Below are positions 25,931 to 33,827 of a DNA stretch of 50,527 bases, in pieces. The stretch comes from Flavobacteriaceae bacterium (lineage in GTDB: Bacteria; Bacteroidota; Bacteroidia; Flavobacteriales; Flavobacteriaceae). The notes under the pieces are model-generated. The model saw only the letters and a program-made list of their open reading frames with translations, did no database searches and had not been told where the DNA came from. A program made the position numbers and the translations under genes. Where the stretch lies: contig JAGQZA010000001.1 in assembly GCA_020435805.1 (NCBI GenBank), positions 1-50,527 on the forward strand, in the 5' to 3' direction. Position 1 is the first letter of the stretch, and each line of letters opens with the position of its first letter.

Positions 25931-28093
25931 TTATTTCATAGGCTTGCCTTCGTTGAATAATTTGTCTTTTCCTTCATCAATAATAGTCGCCTTGCTATCA
26001 CTACCAAAGATGGCATTGGGTGCATCCGGAAAGCGTAAGTTTGCATATTCTGAATTTTCAGAAGGAGTTCTTCCTGTTTCATCTTTTCTATTGGCTACAA
26101 TATGCCAAGAAAAGGAAACATTTGAATTTCCGTTTTGTAATTCTTTTACTAAAAATCCTTCCGAAGTTTTTTGTGTTACGTAAACACCGTTACAATCTCC
26201 CTCTAATTGAATAAATACTTTTAAAGGGTGTTTTTCATCTACAATAATATTGTTTGAAAAATTGGGATCAATTTTTATGAATGTACTTCCTTGAGATAAC
26301 GTTCCTATTCCATAATCTTCAAAAAGTACTTCGGGGGCTTCTGGCGCAAACATGATTTTCTTATTGCCGTCCACGCCCTCTACAGTGGTGGATACGGTAC
26401 CGTTTCCAATAATTTTGTAGTTGGTATTTCCATATCTAGCTCCTGCATAGGCGTAAGAATTATTAAATGAGCTTCCCCCGCTATAAAAATATCCTCCATA
26501 GTACATAGTATTTCCTCCCACAGGGCTAGCATTCGTAAATCCTGCTAATTGTGCTCGTGGGTCTCTCGCATCTGAATCTATAGCACTCCCGGTATAATTG
26601 GTTTGAAAACGAGCCGCTTCCATAATTCCAAGGCTTGTAATGGGACCTTCTGATAATGCGTAAAGGGCTAAATCTGTAGCATTTGTATTAACCCCCACAT
26701 TCATTATTTGTGTAGAAGAAATAGAAGTAGTACTTCCGGAGACAGCTCTTATACCCATATTAGAGTCGGTTCCTGCTTGTTGGTCTGATACGGCAAGGAC
26801 TCCATTAGCTCTAGAATTTCCGGTCCCCCAGCCAATGATTCCGCCAATCAAAAAAGCGCCTCCAGTATAAGCAGTTGTGCCGTAAATACCATGATTGTTA
26901 CTAGAAATACCTAATACTCCTAATCCTGTACCGGTATCACTACCATAAACTGCTACTCCGTTTGAAGAAGTCTGTGAAATAATTCCGTAAGGTACCGATG
27001 AATTGTTTACTCGCAATGCAGTGTCTAAATAGGGAGTATTGCCTATTCCAATTGTTCCTGCGGCATCTATTTGCATCCTTTCTGCATCATTTGTCCTAAA
27101 TGCCAACGAGTTATTGTCTGTGGTACCCAAAAAGTTATTTGCTATAGTAGTACCTGCATTCCCTTCTAAAGACCAGTCTTTACCACCTGTACCTCCCATG
27201 GCAATCCATCGAGTACCGTCCCAATAATAAAAACCTGGTAAAACTTCGGTAGCGCCACTGCTTGAGTTAGCAGTATTATAGACTAATAAGCCAGTTGCAG
27301 GTGCTGTAACAGGAGAATTAGATGTTGTTGAAGATAAGGCAACTCTATTAATTAATATTCCCCTATTGTTATCTGTTAATTCTAGCTGTGAACTAGTATC
27401 TGGATTATTTGTTCCTAGTCCAACATTGTCATTAGTACCATCAACAAAAAACGCATTGGTTTTATTATTTGTAGCAATACGAGTATTGAGTGCTAACTCA
27501 TTATTATTTACGATGAATTCGTCGGTTCCTCCTTCAGAAAGTGCTAGAAATTCAATTCCTCCTGCGGTTAAATTCAATTCATCATCCACACCTCTAAAAA
27601 TACCCGTATCACTATCGACATCCCACGATAAAAGGGGTTGAGTAGCAGTTCCTGGATTAAATGCTCTAAGTAAGCCTGAATTGGTAATCTCAAGGCGCTC
27701 CGTATTATTGGTTCTAAATCGAAGCGGAATGTTATCTGTAGTTCCAATAAAATCTGTAACAGGATTTGTTCCGGAATTCCCTGAAAGTTTCCAGTCTTTA
27801 CTTTCTATGGGAATCCAAACACTGCCATTCCAGTAATGAAACCCTTTTCCGGTAGTAGTATTGGTATTGTATACTAAAAGACTCTCGGTTGCTCCTCCGG
27901 TAATTGGAGCAATGTTAGTAAGATTAGTAATATCGACTCTGGGTATTAGAATCCCTTTGTCTGAACTTGTAACATCCAACATACTCCCGGCTTGAGGTGT
28001 AATGGTGTTAATTCCTACTTGGGCGATTAGAACACTTTGAAAAAAGACACATAGTATTAGTGTAAGTTTTAAATTGTGTAAAGTTGTTTCCAT
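25931..28093 (-). CDS. Secreted fibre/adhesin-like protein with tail-fibre-type C-terminal domain
   Basis: Signal peptide, two VG(I/L)GT modules, W.L.GN.GT...F.GTTDN..L.FRTN..ER repeats, Gly-rich AVYG/GVLG beta repeats, C-terminal APEAPEVLFEDYG...GDCNGVYV...FSWHIVANRKD. Confidence 0.7.
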   Translation of the reverse strand: METTLHNLKLTLILCVFFQSVLIAQVGINTITPQAGSMLDVTSSDKGILIPRVDITNLTNIAPITGGATESLLVYNTNTTTGKGFHYWNGSVWIPIESKDWKLSGNSGTNPVTDFIGTTDNIPLRFRTNNTERLEITNSGLLRAFNPGTATQPLLSWDVDSDTGIFRGVDDELNLTAGGIEFLALSEGGTDEFIVNNNELALNTRIATNNKTNAFFVDGTNDNVGLGTNNPDTSSQLELTDNNRGILINRVALSSTTSNSPVTAPATGLLVYNTANSSSGATEVLPGFYYWDGTRWIAMGGTGGKDWSLEGNAGTTIANNFLGTTDNNSLAFRTNDAERMQIDAAGTIGIGNTPYLDTALRVNNSSVPYGIISQTSSNGVAVYGSDTGTGLGVLGISSNNHGIYGTTAYTGGAFLIGGIIGWGTGNSRANGVLAVSDQQAGTDSNMGIRAVSGSTTSISSTQIMNVGVNTNATDLALYALSEGPITSLGIMEAARFQTNYTGSAIDSDARDPRAQLAGFTNASPVGGNTMYYGGYFYSGGSSFNNSYAYAGARYGNTNYKIIGNGTVSTTVEGVDGNKKIMFAPEAPEVLFEDYGIGTLSQGSTFIKIDPNFSNNIIVDEKHPLKVFIQLEGDCNGVYVTQKTSEGFLVKELQNGNSNVSFSWHIVANRKDETGRTPSENSEYANLRFPDAPNAIFGSDSKATIIDEGKDKLFNEGKPMK

Positions 28094-28120
28094 ATAATAT
28101 CATTTTAGTAAGATTACTCT

Positions 28121-28173
28121 TACAATATTATAATAAAATATCGATAAAATACATATTAAATCGATTAAAGACA
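28121..28173 (-). promoter_or_regulatory. Promoter with -7-like box and 20-bp-period direct repeats
   Basis: Plus strand TACAATATTA at 28121, TCGATAAAATACA at 28141, TCGATTAAAGACA at 28161. Confidence 0.6.
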
Positions 28174-28364
28174 CAATAATTTAACATTTAAGCAAATTTT
28201 ATGTTAAATATTTCTTTAGTAGCATTATTAAAAAATTTGAGGATATTTTAATTTCGAAGTGTTATCCAGAAAAAAATTGAATTATTTTTTGAGTTTTAAC
28301 ATATAAACCTTCAATTTTACAATAATGAAAAAGATTTACTTTTTATAATTTTCTGAAAATCAAA

Positions 28365-29285
28365 ATGTTCAATTTTCCAGATTTTAAAGTCCCAATTCAA
28401 AAAATAGAAGGTTTTCCTACCCTTTTTGGGATGCATGAATTATATATCTTAAGAGAAGATCAAATGCATCTTGAAGTTTCCGGGAATAAATACCGAAAGT
28501 TGAAATATAATTTTTTAGAGGCTCAATCTCTAAATAGTAAAGGCTTATTAAGTTTTGGAGGGGCTTATTCAAATCATATTGCAGCGTTGGCGGCTTTAGG
28601 AAAACAAAACGAAATACCTACCGTTGGAATTATTCGTGGCGAAGAATTATTTTCAAAAATAAAAGAAAACCCAACCTTGTCTTTTGCAGTAGCTTGCGGA
28701 ATGCAACTCGATTTTATCTCTCGCCAAGCTTATAAAAAAAAGGAGGAAACGTCTTTTATAAATACTATTAAAGAAAAATTCGAAAATTACTATATCATTC
28801 CCGAAGGGGGCACCAATAACTTGGCAGTTAAAGGCTGCGAAGAAATTCTTTCAGATCATACACATAATTTTGATTATCTCTGCGTGCCAGTTGGAACAGG
28901 AGGTACCATGTCTGGCATAGTAAAAGCTTCTTTACCACACCAAACCGTTCTTGGATTTTCAGCATTGAAAGGAACTTTTCAGGAAGAAATTATTAAAAAA
29001 TATACACACAAAACAAATTTTGAACTATTGGACGATTATTGTTTTGGTGGGTATGGCAAAATAGATGAAACATTAATTCGTTTTATTAACGAGTTTAAAA
29101 TTAAAACTACCATAGCATTAGATCCTATCTATACCGGGAAGATGATGTATGGCATTTTTGAATTGGTTAGACAACAAAAACTGAAAAAAAATAGTCGTAT
29201 TTTAGCCATTCATACGGGAGGACTTCAGGGCATTACCGGAATGAATCAAAAACTAAAAAAGAAACAATTACCTCAAATTGAATAA
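28365..29285 (+). CDS. ACC deaminase / D-cysteine desulfhydrase family PLP enzyme
   Basis: RED...SGNKYRKLKYN, SFGGAYSNH, IPEGG, VGTGGT, LDPIYTGK, IHTGG. Confidence 0.9.
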   Translation: MFNFPDFKVPIQKIEGFPTLFGMHELYILREDQMHLEVSGNKYRKLKYNFLEAQSLNSKGLLSFGGAYSNHIAALAALGKQNEIPTVGIIRGEELFSKIKENPTLSFAVACGMQLDFISRQAYKKKEETSFINTIKEKFENYYIIPEGGTNNLAVKGCEEILSDHTHNFDYLCVPVGTGGTMSGIVKASLPHQTVLGFSALKGTFQEEIIKKYTHKTNFELLDDYCFGGYGKIDETLIRFINEFKIKTTIALDPIYTGKMMYGIFELVRQQKLKKNSRILAIHTGGLQGITGMNQKLKKKQLPQIE

Positions 29286-30129
29286 TTACATGGGAGCAAG
29301 AATTTTTACTTTTTTAATCATCGGATTATTGCTGGTTGGGTGTAAATCTAAAAAAGCAGCAGTATCTAAAAAATCCAGAACAAAGACCGAGAAGGTAGTT
29401 GTTATTTCCCCAAAAGATCCTATTGAAGTAATTCTCCCAAATAAAACGGATGAGTCAAAAATTGATGAGCTTCCCAAGAATGCTTCCTATGAAGAAATTT
29501 TAAATGCTTACGTTGATACTTACAGTGAGATTGCCAAAGAAGAAATGCTTCAGTACGGTATTCCTGCCAGTATTACCTTAGCTCAGGGAATTTTAGAGAG
29601 TGGAGCAGGACGAGGGGAACTTACACAAAAGGCTAATAATCACTTCGGAATTAAATGTCACACTAATTGGACGGGAGAAAAAGTATACCATGACGATGAT
29701 GAAAAAGGAGAATGTTTCCGAAAGTATAAAGACGCCAAGTATTCTTTTAGAGATCACTCTTTATTTCTTACCCAGAGAAGCCGTTATCAAGAGTTGTTTA
29801 AACTGAAAAAAGACGATTATAAAGCTTGGGCAAAAGGACTAAAAAAAGCAGGATATGCTACCGACCCAAAATACCCGGATAAGCTCATTGGCATTATTGA
29901 AAAAAATAAATTATATCGGTATGATGATGAGGTTTTGGGTGGAAAAGCAAGAATTATAAATAACGATGATTCAAAAATTAATACCTATACAGTAGAAAAA
30001 GGAGATACTTTATATAGTATTGCTCGTCGTTTTAGTATGACTGTTGAAACGTTAATGGAGTATAATGGATTACTTTCAAGCGATATTGCCGTAGGCCAAG
30101 TCTTATATTTGCATTCGGTAAAAGATTAA
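29278..30129 (+). CDS. GH73 glucosaminidase with LysM domain, lipoprotein
   Basis: Lipobox LVGC, IPASITLAQGILES, NNHFGIKC, GYATDPKY, C-terminal YTVEKGDTLYSIA. Start may be 29290. Confidence 0.9.
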   Translation: MNNYMGARIFTFLIIGLLLVGCKSKKAAVSKKSRTKTEKVVVISPKDPIEVILPNKTDESKIDELPKNASYEEILNAYVDTYSEIAKEEMLQYGIPASITLAQGILESGAGRGELTQKANNHFGIKCHTNWTGEKVYHDDDEKGECFRKYKDAKYSFRDHSLFLTQRSRYQELFKLKKDDYKAWAKGLKKAGYATDPKYPDKLIGIIEKNKLYRYDDEVLGGKARIINNDDSKINTYTVEKGDTLYSIARRFSMTVETLMEYNGLLSSDIAVGQVLYLHSVKD

Positions 30130-30162
30130 GAAAGCATTCGATTTTTTGGCATAACACTAATA

Positions 30163-30190
30163 AAAAAAGCTCCCGAGAGGGAGCTTTTTT
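30163..30190. terminator. Bidirectional intrinsic terminator
   Basis: AAAAAAGCTCCC-GAGA-GGGAGCTTTTTT between convergent genes. Confidence 0.9.
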
Positions 30191-30204
30191 AAAGAAATTT
30201 ATTG

Positions 30205-30552
30205 TTAATTTTCAAGTGTTTTCCACTTTTTATACTGTTCTTCCGTAAGGGCTTTTTTCATAGAAGTATCAAAAACTTCATCGTGTTTTTTCTTGTTAGT
30301 CATAACATCTGCACTCTTTGTGTCTTTTCCATTAACATCTTTTGCATAATTGTTTTCTTTTACAACCAACGCACGAAAAACCGCTCTTTGCTGGTCTCCA
30401 TTTAAACCAAGAGTTGTACTCAGTTTTTCAGTTTGTTTTTTGGCAACAACTTCGGGAGTGTTTTGATCCTGCTTTAACGATTGAGCATTCATAGTACCCA
30501 TTCCTAAGAGCAATACAAAAGAAAAAGCAACAATTTTAATTAAATTCTTCAT
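30205..30552 (-). CDS. Small periplasmic helical protein (Spy/CpxP LTxxQ-like)
   Basis: Signal peptide, LGLNGDQ, LTEEQYKKW. Confidence 0.7.
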   Translation of the reverse strand: MKNLIKIVAFSFVLLLGMGTMNAQSLKQDQNTPEVVAKKQTEKLSTTLGLNGDQQRAVFRALVVKENNYAKDVNGKDTKSADVMTNKKKHDEVFDTSMKKALTEEQYKKWKTLEN

Positions 30553-30625
30553 GGTTTTTAAGTTTTAAAGTTACTAATGTAACTATTTTCAACATAACTA
30601 ACCAAAAACTAAGCCAAAAAAGAAA

Positions 30626-31063
30626 TTACTCTTCCTTCTGTTTCCCGGGATGTTTTTTCATTCGACCTTTATGGTGTTGCGCTTTTTCAAATTTTGCATA
30701 TTGTTCTTCATTTAAAATATTTTTCATTTCCTTTTTGAACGCAATTTGCTCATCCAGCATTTTTGATTTTAAAGCAAACTTTTCTTCTTTTGTAAGTTCT
30801 TCCCCTTCTTTTCTTTTTTCACGAAGGGCCTCTCTTTTTTCTTCTTGCTGTAATAAAAGTATTTCCACTTGCTTTTGTTGTTTTTCATTTAGATCAAGAT
30901 GCAAGGTCATTTCCTTCGCCTTCAATGTAGCGCGTTCTTGAGGGGTAAGGTTGTCCATTTTTTCTTTCATCTCTTTTCGGTATTTCATTTTTGCATCAGG
31001 ACCCGGCTGTGCTTGAAGTGCTAAGCCCATAAATACGAAACAGATAAACAATAATTTTTTCAT
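30626..31063 (-). CDS. Periplasmic Spy/CpxP-like protein
   Basis: Signal peptide, LTPQER, LDLNEKQQ, ILNEEQYAKF; charged helical composition. Confidence 0.72.
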   Translation of the reverse strand: MKKLLFICFVFMGLALQAQPGPDAKMKYRKEMKEKMDNLTPQERATLKAKEMTLHLDLNEKQQKQVEILLLQQEEKREALREKRKEGEELTKEEKFALKSKMLDEQIAFKKEMKNILNEEQYAKFEKAQHHKGRMKKHPGKQKEE

Positions 31064-31093
31064 ACTATAAAATTTTAAGATTAATGTGGTTAT

Positions 31094-31120
31094 GACTTCA
31101 AAATGGATGCTTAGTTTAAC
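31094..31120 (-). promoter_or_regulatory. Putative ECF sigma-type promoter
   Basis: Minus strand GTTAAAC-N17-GTC upstream of the Spy-like genes. Confidence 0.4.
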
Positions 31121-31246
31121 AAAGCCTGTATTAAAATTTTGTTAAACGGTTATTTTCCCTCATTCAAGATCGGTATTCACTCATTTGGGGTTTTACAATA
31201 CATTTTTGAAAACTACTTTCGGAAAGAATTTTTAAAACACGTAAAG

Positions 31247-32548
31247 ATGAAAACTAAATTAATTTTTTTAGCACTTCCCATTTTTGTAATGGGTTTTTGG
31301 CTTTCTGTAAACAACTCAAATTCTAAGTACGCTGAAACAAAAAGAATGTTAAAGCATACCGATGGCTGTGTATTTATGACTGTTATGGGAGAACAATCTT
31401 CCAAAGACTTTGATGTATTTATGACGAATGAAAACCTTTCATTAAGTGTTCGGGATGGCTTGGCTTGGCTAAGTGATGCGCAACTGTCTTCAGGAGGCTA
31501 TGGAGCGGGGAGTCATAGTGCACAAAACATTATGGATCCCCATGCAGTAAAAGCAGACCCGGCCACTACAGCCATGGTAGCACAAGCTTTTTTGCGAAGC
31601 GGGGTAACCCTGCAAGGGGATAAATATTCTCAAAACTTAAAAAAAGCGATTAATTTTTTACTAGAAACGGTTGAAAATACCCCAAAAACAGCCGAATACA
31701 TTACAGAGGTACGAGGAACTCAAATTCAGACCAAATTAGGGCAGAATATTGACGCTGTTCTTACAGCGCAATTACTGTCTAATCTTTTAGATAGAGATTT
31801 ACAAGGAATTGACAAAAAGCGAGTAGCACGATGTTTGGATATTTGTGTTGCCAAAATTGAAGCGGGTACCGATGCCTCCGGAAGACAAACCGGTGCCGGT
31901 TGGGCGGGTGTCTTACAGAGTGGTTTGGCCTATAGTGCCTTGGAATCTGCAGAGGCTGTTGGTGCAACCGTAGATAAAAAAGTATTGGAGCGTTCCAAAA
32001 ACTACCAAAAGGGGAATTATGATTCGGAGAGTGGGAACATTAAAACCGAAGATGGTGCAGGTGTCATGCTGTATGCTGTAAGTAATAGTGTGCGTGCCAG
32101 CGCTAAAGAAGCCAGAGAAGTTGAGGAGGCTGTCAACAAAGCTAAAAAAGAAGGGAAATTAGAAAAAAATGCGTCAGTTTCTGTAGAAAACTTACGTAAA
32201 ATTGGCTATGCCGAAAATGAAGCAATGGAGTATACCACCTCATACAATGTGTATCAATCCGGAAAGGATGCCGCTCAACGTGATGATGTTTTAAATGGTT
32301 TTGGTAATAATGGCGGAGAGGAGTTTTTGAGCTTTTTACAAACCGGAGAATCGTTGGCGGTAAACCAAGATAAGGATTGGAAAAAGTGGTATAACGACAT
32401 GAGCGGGCGCATTTTAAAAATACAAAATGAAGATGGTAGTTGGAATGGCCATCATTGTATTACCAGCCCTGTGTTTTGTACTGCGACTAGTTTGTTGTTG
32501 TTAACGGTAGAAAATGATATTGCCTTTTTAAGTAAAGTGGGCAAGTAA
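31247..32548 (+). CDS. Prenyltransferase/squalene-cyclase-repeat (alpha/alpha barrel) protein with N-terminal signal/anchor
   Basis: QW-like repeats GLAWLSDAQLSSGGYG, KAINFLL, ILKIQNEDGSW. ATG 31247 gives a signal-like N-terminus. Confidence 0.7.
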   Translation: MKTKLIFLALPIFVMGFWLSVNNSNSKYAETKRMLKHTDGCVFMTVMGEQSSKDFDVFMTNENLSLSVRDGLAWLSDAQLSSGGYGAGSHSAQNIMDPHAVKADPATTAMVAQAFLRSGVTLQGDKYSQNLKKAINFLLETVENTPKTAEYITEVRGTQIQTKLGQNIDAVLTAQLLSNLLDRDLQGIDKKRVARCLDICVAKIEAGTDASGRQTGAGWAGVLQSGLAYSALESAEAVGATVDKKVLERSKNYQKGNYDSESGNIKTEDGAGVMLYAVSNSVRASAKEAREVEEAVNKAKKEGKLEKNASVSVENLRKIGYAENEAMEYTTSYNVYQSGKDAAQRDDVLNGFGNNGGEEFLSFLQTGESLAVNQDKDWKKWYNDMSGRILKIQNEDGSWNGHHCITSPVFCTATSLLLLTVENDIAFLSKVGK

Positions 32549-32579
32549 CCCCGTTTTTATAAACTGCGATACACATCGT

Positions 32580-32610
32580 TTTGCAGGGTGGTACCTTCCC
32601 TGTATCTTTA
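32580..32610 (+). promoter_or_regulatory. Bacteroidota housekeeping-type promoter with no downstream ORF
   Basis: TTTG (32580-83) - 19 nt - TATCTTTA (32603-10); consensus is TTTG-N19-21-TAnnTTTG. Confidence 0.5.
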
Positions 32611-32613
32611 AGG

Positions 32614-32711
32614 TGCAAATAGTTTAGGTTGGTTTAAGCACCACCCAGAATGCTGGTAGGGATACCGGCCCCCCATTGCCAATACGGGAGGATTTCTGGG
32701 TGGTGTTTTTT
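32614..32711 (+). ncRNA. Candidate ~100-nt structured small RNA / branched terminator
   Basis: 15-bp stem 32636-50/32694-708 enclosing two hairpins, followed by a T-run and preceded by a promoter-like sequence. Confidence 0.45.
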
Positions 32712-32713
32712 AT

Positions 32714-33721
32714 TTACAATAAATTATACCTTGGGACTTTTCGAGTTAGGGTTAAATTTATTAGTTTTTTTCTCATTAGTACGTTATCATCAAAAATTCT
32801 GGAGATGTTATAAATATTATTAAAATAGTTTTGTTCTCCACCGTGATATCTATATTCAATCTTTTTGATATTTGGGTGTTGAAAAATAGTTTTTAATAAA
32901 GTCTTATCTGTAAGTCCACAAGAGTGTCCTATAATTTCAATATTTATGTTTTTTTCAACTTCAAGAAGTGATAAAAGTCTATGATAATTACTTGTTTGTA
33001 AGTATTGAAAGGTTTTAAAATTCTTCAAAAGGTAATCTTTTTCTAAATTTTGAATTTTATTGTATTCTTCGGAATTATCATCACCATAGCCAAATATTAT
33101 GGGATTTAAGCTATTATTCAAATCGCCGTGAATATTAATAAGTTGAAAATTTTCATGGTAAAAATTAGATTTATATTTTGCGAATTGTAAATGATAAGCA
33201 ACAGTTTTTTTTGTATAGTTAAAATTTATGATACCTAAAATTTTTTCATCAATTTCAGTATTTTCGAAAATACAATCTCTAAAATCTCTATTAAAATCGG
33301 GTAGCGGGTTCTCTACTTTTTCTTTTAAGTACTTTTGAAGTAAATTCTTTAAATGATCAAACTCTCTATTTAAAATATCTATATTTTCGGGCAGACTTAG
33401 ATTTTTTCTTAATAATCTATAATATAAAGACTCAAGGTCAATCCATTTTTCATATTTATTGTAATGATTAAAAAGTTCTTTAAAAAATATTGAGGAATGT
33501 TTAGGACAACTGGTAAACTCATATTCAGTATTTCCTAATTGTCTTGGCTTTTGCTTAAAAGCAATAAAATTTGAATTTGGATAATGCTTAACTCCGCAGT
33601 TCCCTTCTTTAATTCCAATAGGATTAGCATCTTCTATTATAAATTCCATCAAATCTTTATATGATGTTTTTAGCCCGTGGGCAAGGTCAAAACCATTGCC
33701 AATTATTATAATTTTATTCAT
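32714..33721 (-). CDS. AbiH-family (SIR2-like fold) putative anti-phage protein
   Basis: IIIGNGFDLAHGLKTSY, INFNYT, NIHG, IFGYGD, IGHSCG..D; visibly AT-richer than flanking genes. Confidence 0.85.
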   Translation of the reverse strand: MNKIIIIGNGFDLAHGLKTSYKDLMEFIIEDANPIGIKEGNCGVKHYPNSNFIAFKQKPRQLGNTEYEFTSCPKHSSIFFKELFNHYNKYEKWIDLESLYYRLLRKNLSLPENIDILNREFDHLKNLLQKYLKEKVENPLPDFNRDFRDCIFENTEIDEKILGIINFNYTKKTVAYHLQFAKYKSNFYHENFQLINIHGDLNNSLNPIIFGYGDDNSEEYNKIQNLEKDYLLKNFKTFQYLQTSNYHRLLSLLEVEKNINIEIIGHSCGLTDKTLLKTIFQHPNIKKIEYRYHGGEQNYFNNIYNISRIFDDNVLMRKKLINLTLTRKVPRYNLL

Positions 33722-33765
33722 TGATTTTTTAAAATTTATGAGGAGAAAATGTCTTTTAAAGATAT

Positions 33766-33789
33766 AAAAAAAGACCCAAAAGGGTCTTT
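33766..33789 (-). terminator. lysS intrinsic terminator
   Basis: AAAGACCC-AAAA-GGGTCTTT with an A-run (U-tract on the minus strand). Confidence 0.8.
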
Positions 33790-33799
33790 ATAATATTAT

Positions 33800-33826
33800 G
33801 AGATTTCTCACTTTGTTCGAAATGAC
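33800..33826 (-). repeat. Family A variant palindrome just after the lysS stop
   Basis: Minus strand GTCA-TTTC-GAACAAAGTGA-GAAA-TCTC: same GTCA head, 4-bp stem, GA/GA and TCT tail, with an 11-nt core. Confidence 0.7.
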
Positions 33827-33827
33827 T

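Noticed and set aside
14625-28093. Prophage, suggested by the nuclease and fibre-like genes
   Set aside because: No integrase, terminase, capsid or portal gene; the fibre-like proteins have Sec signal peptides.
32636-32711. tRNA or known riboswitch
   Set aside because: No T-arm/anticodon cloverleaf, no recognised aptamer, and no downstream sense ORF.
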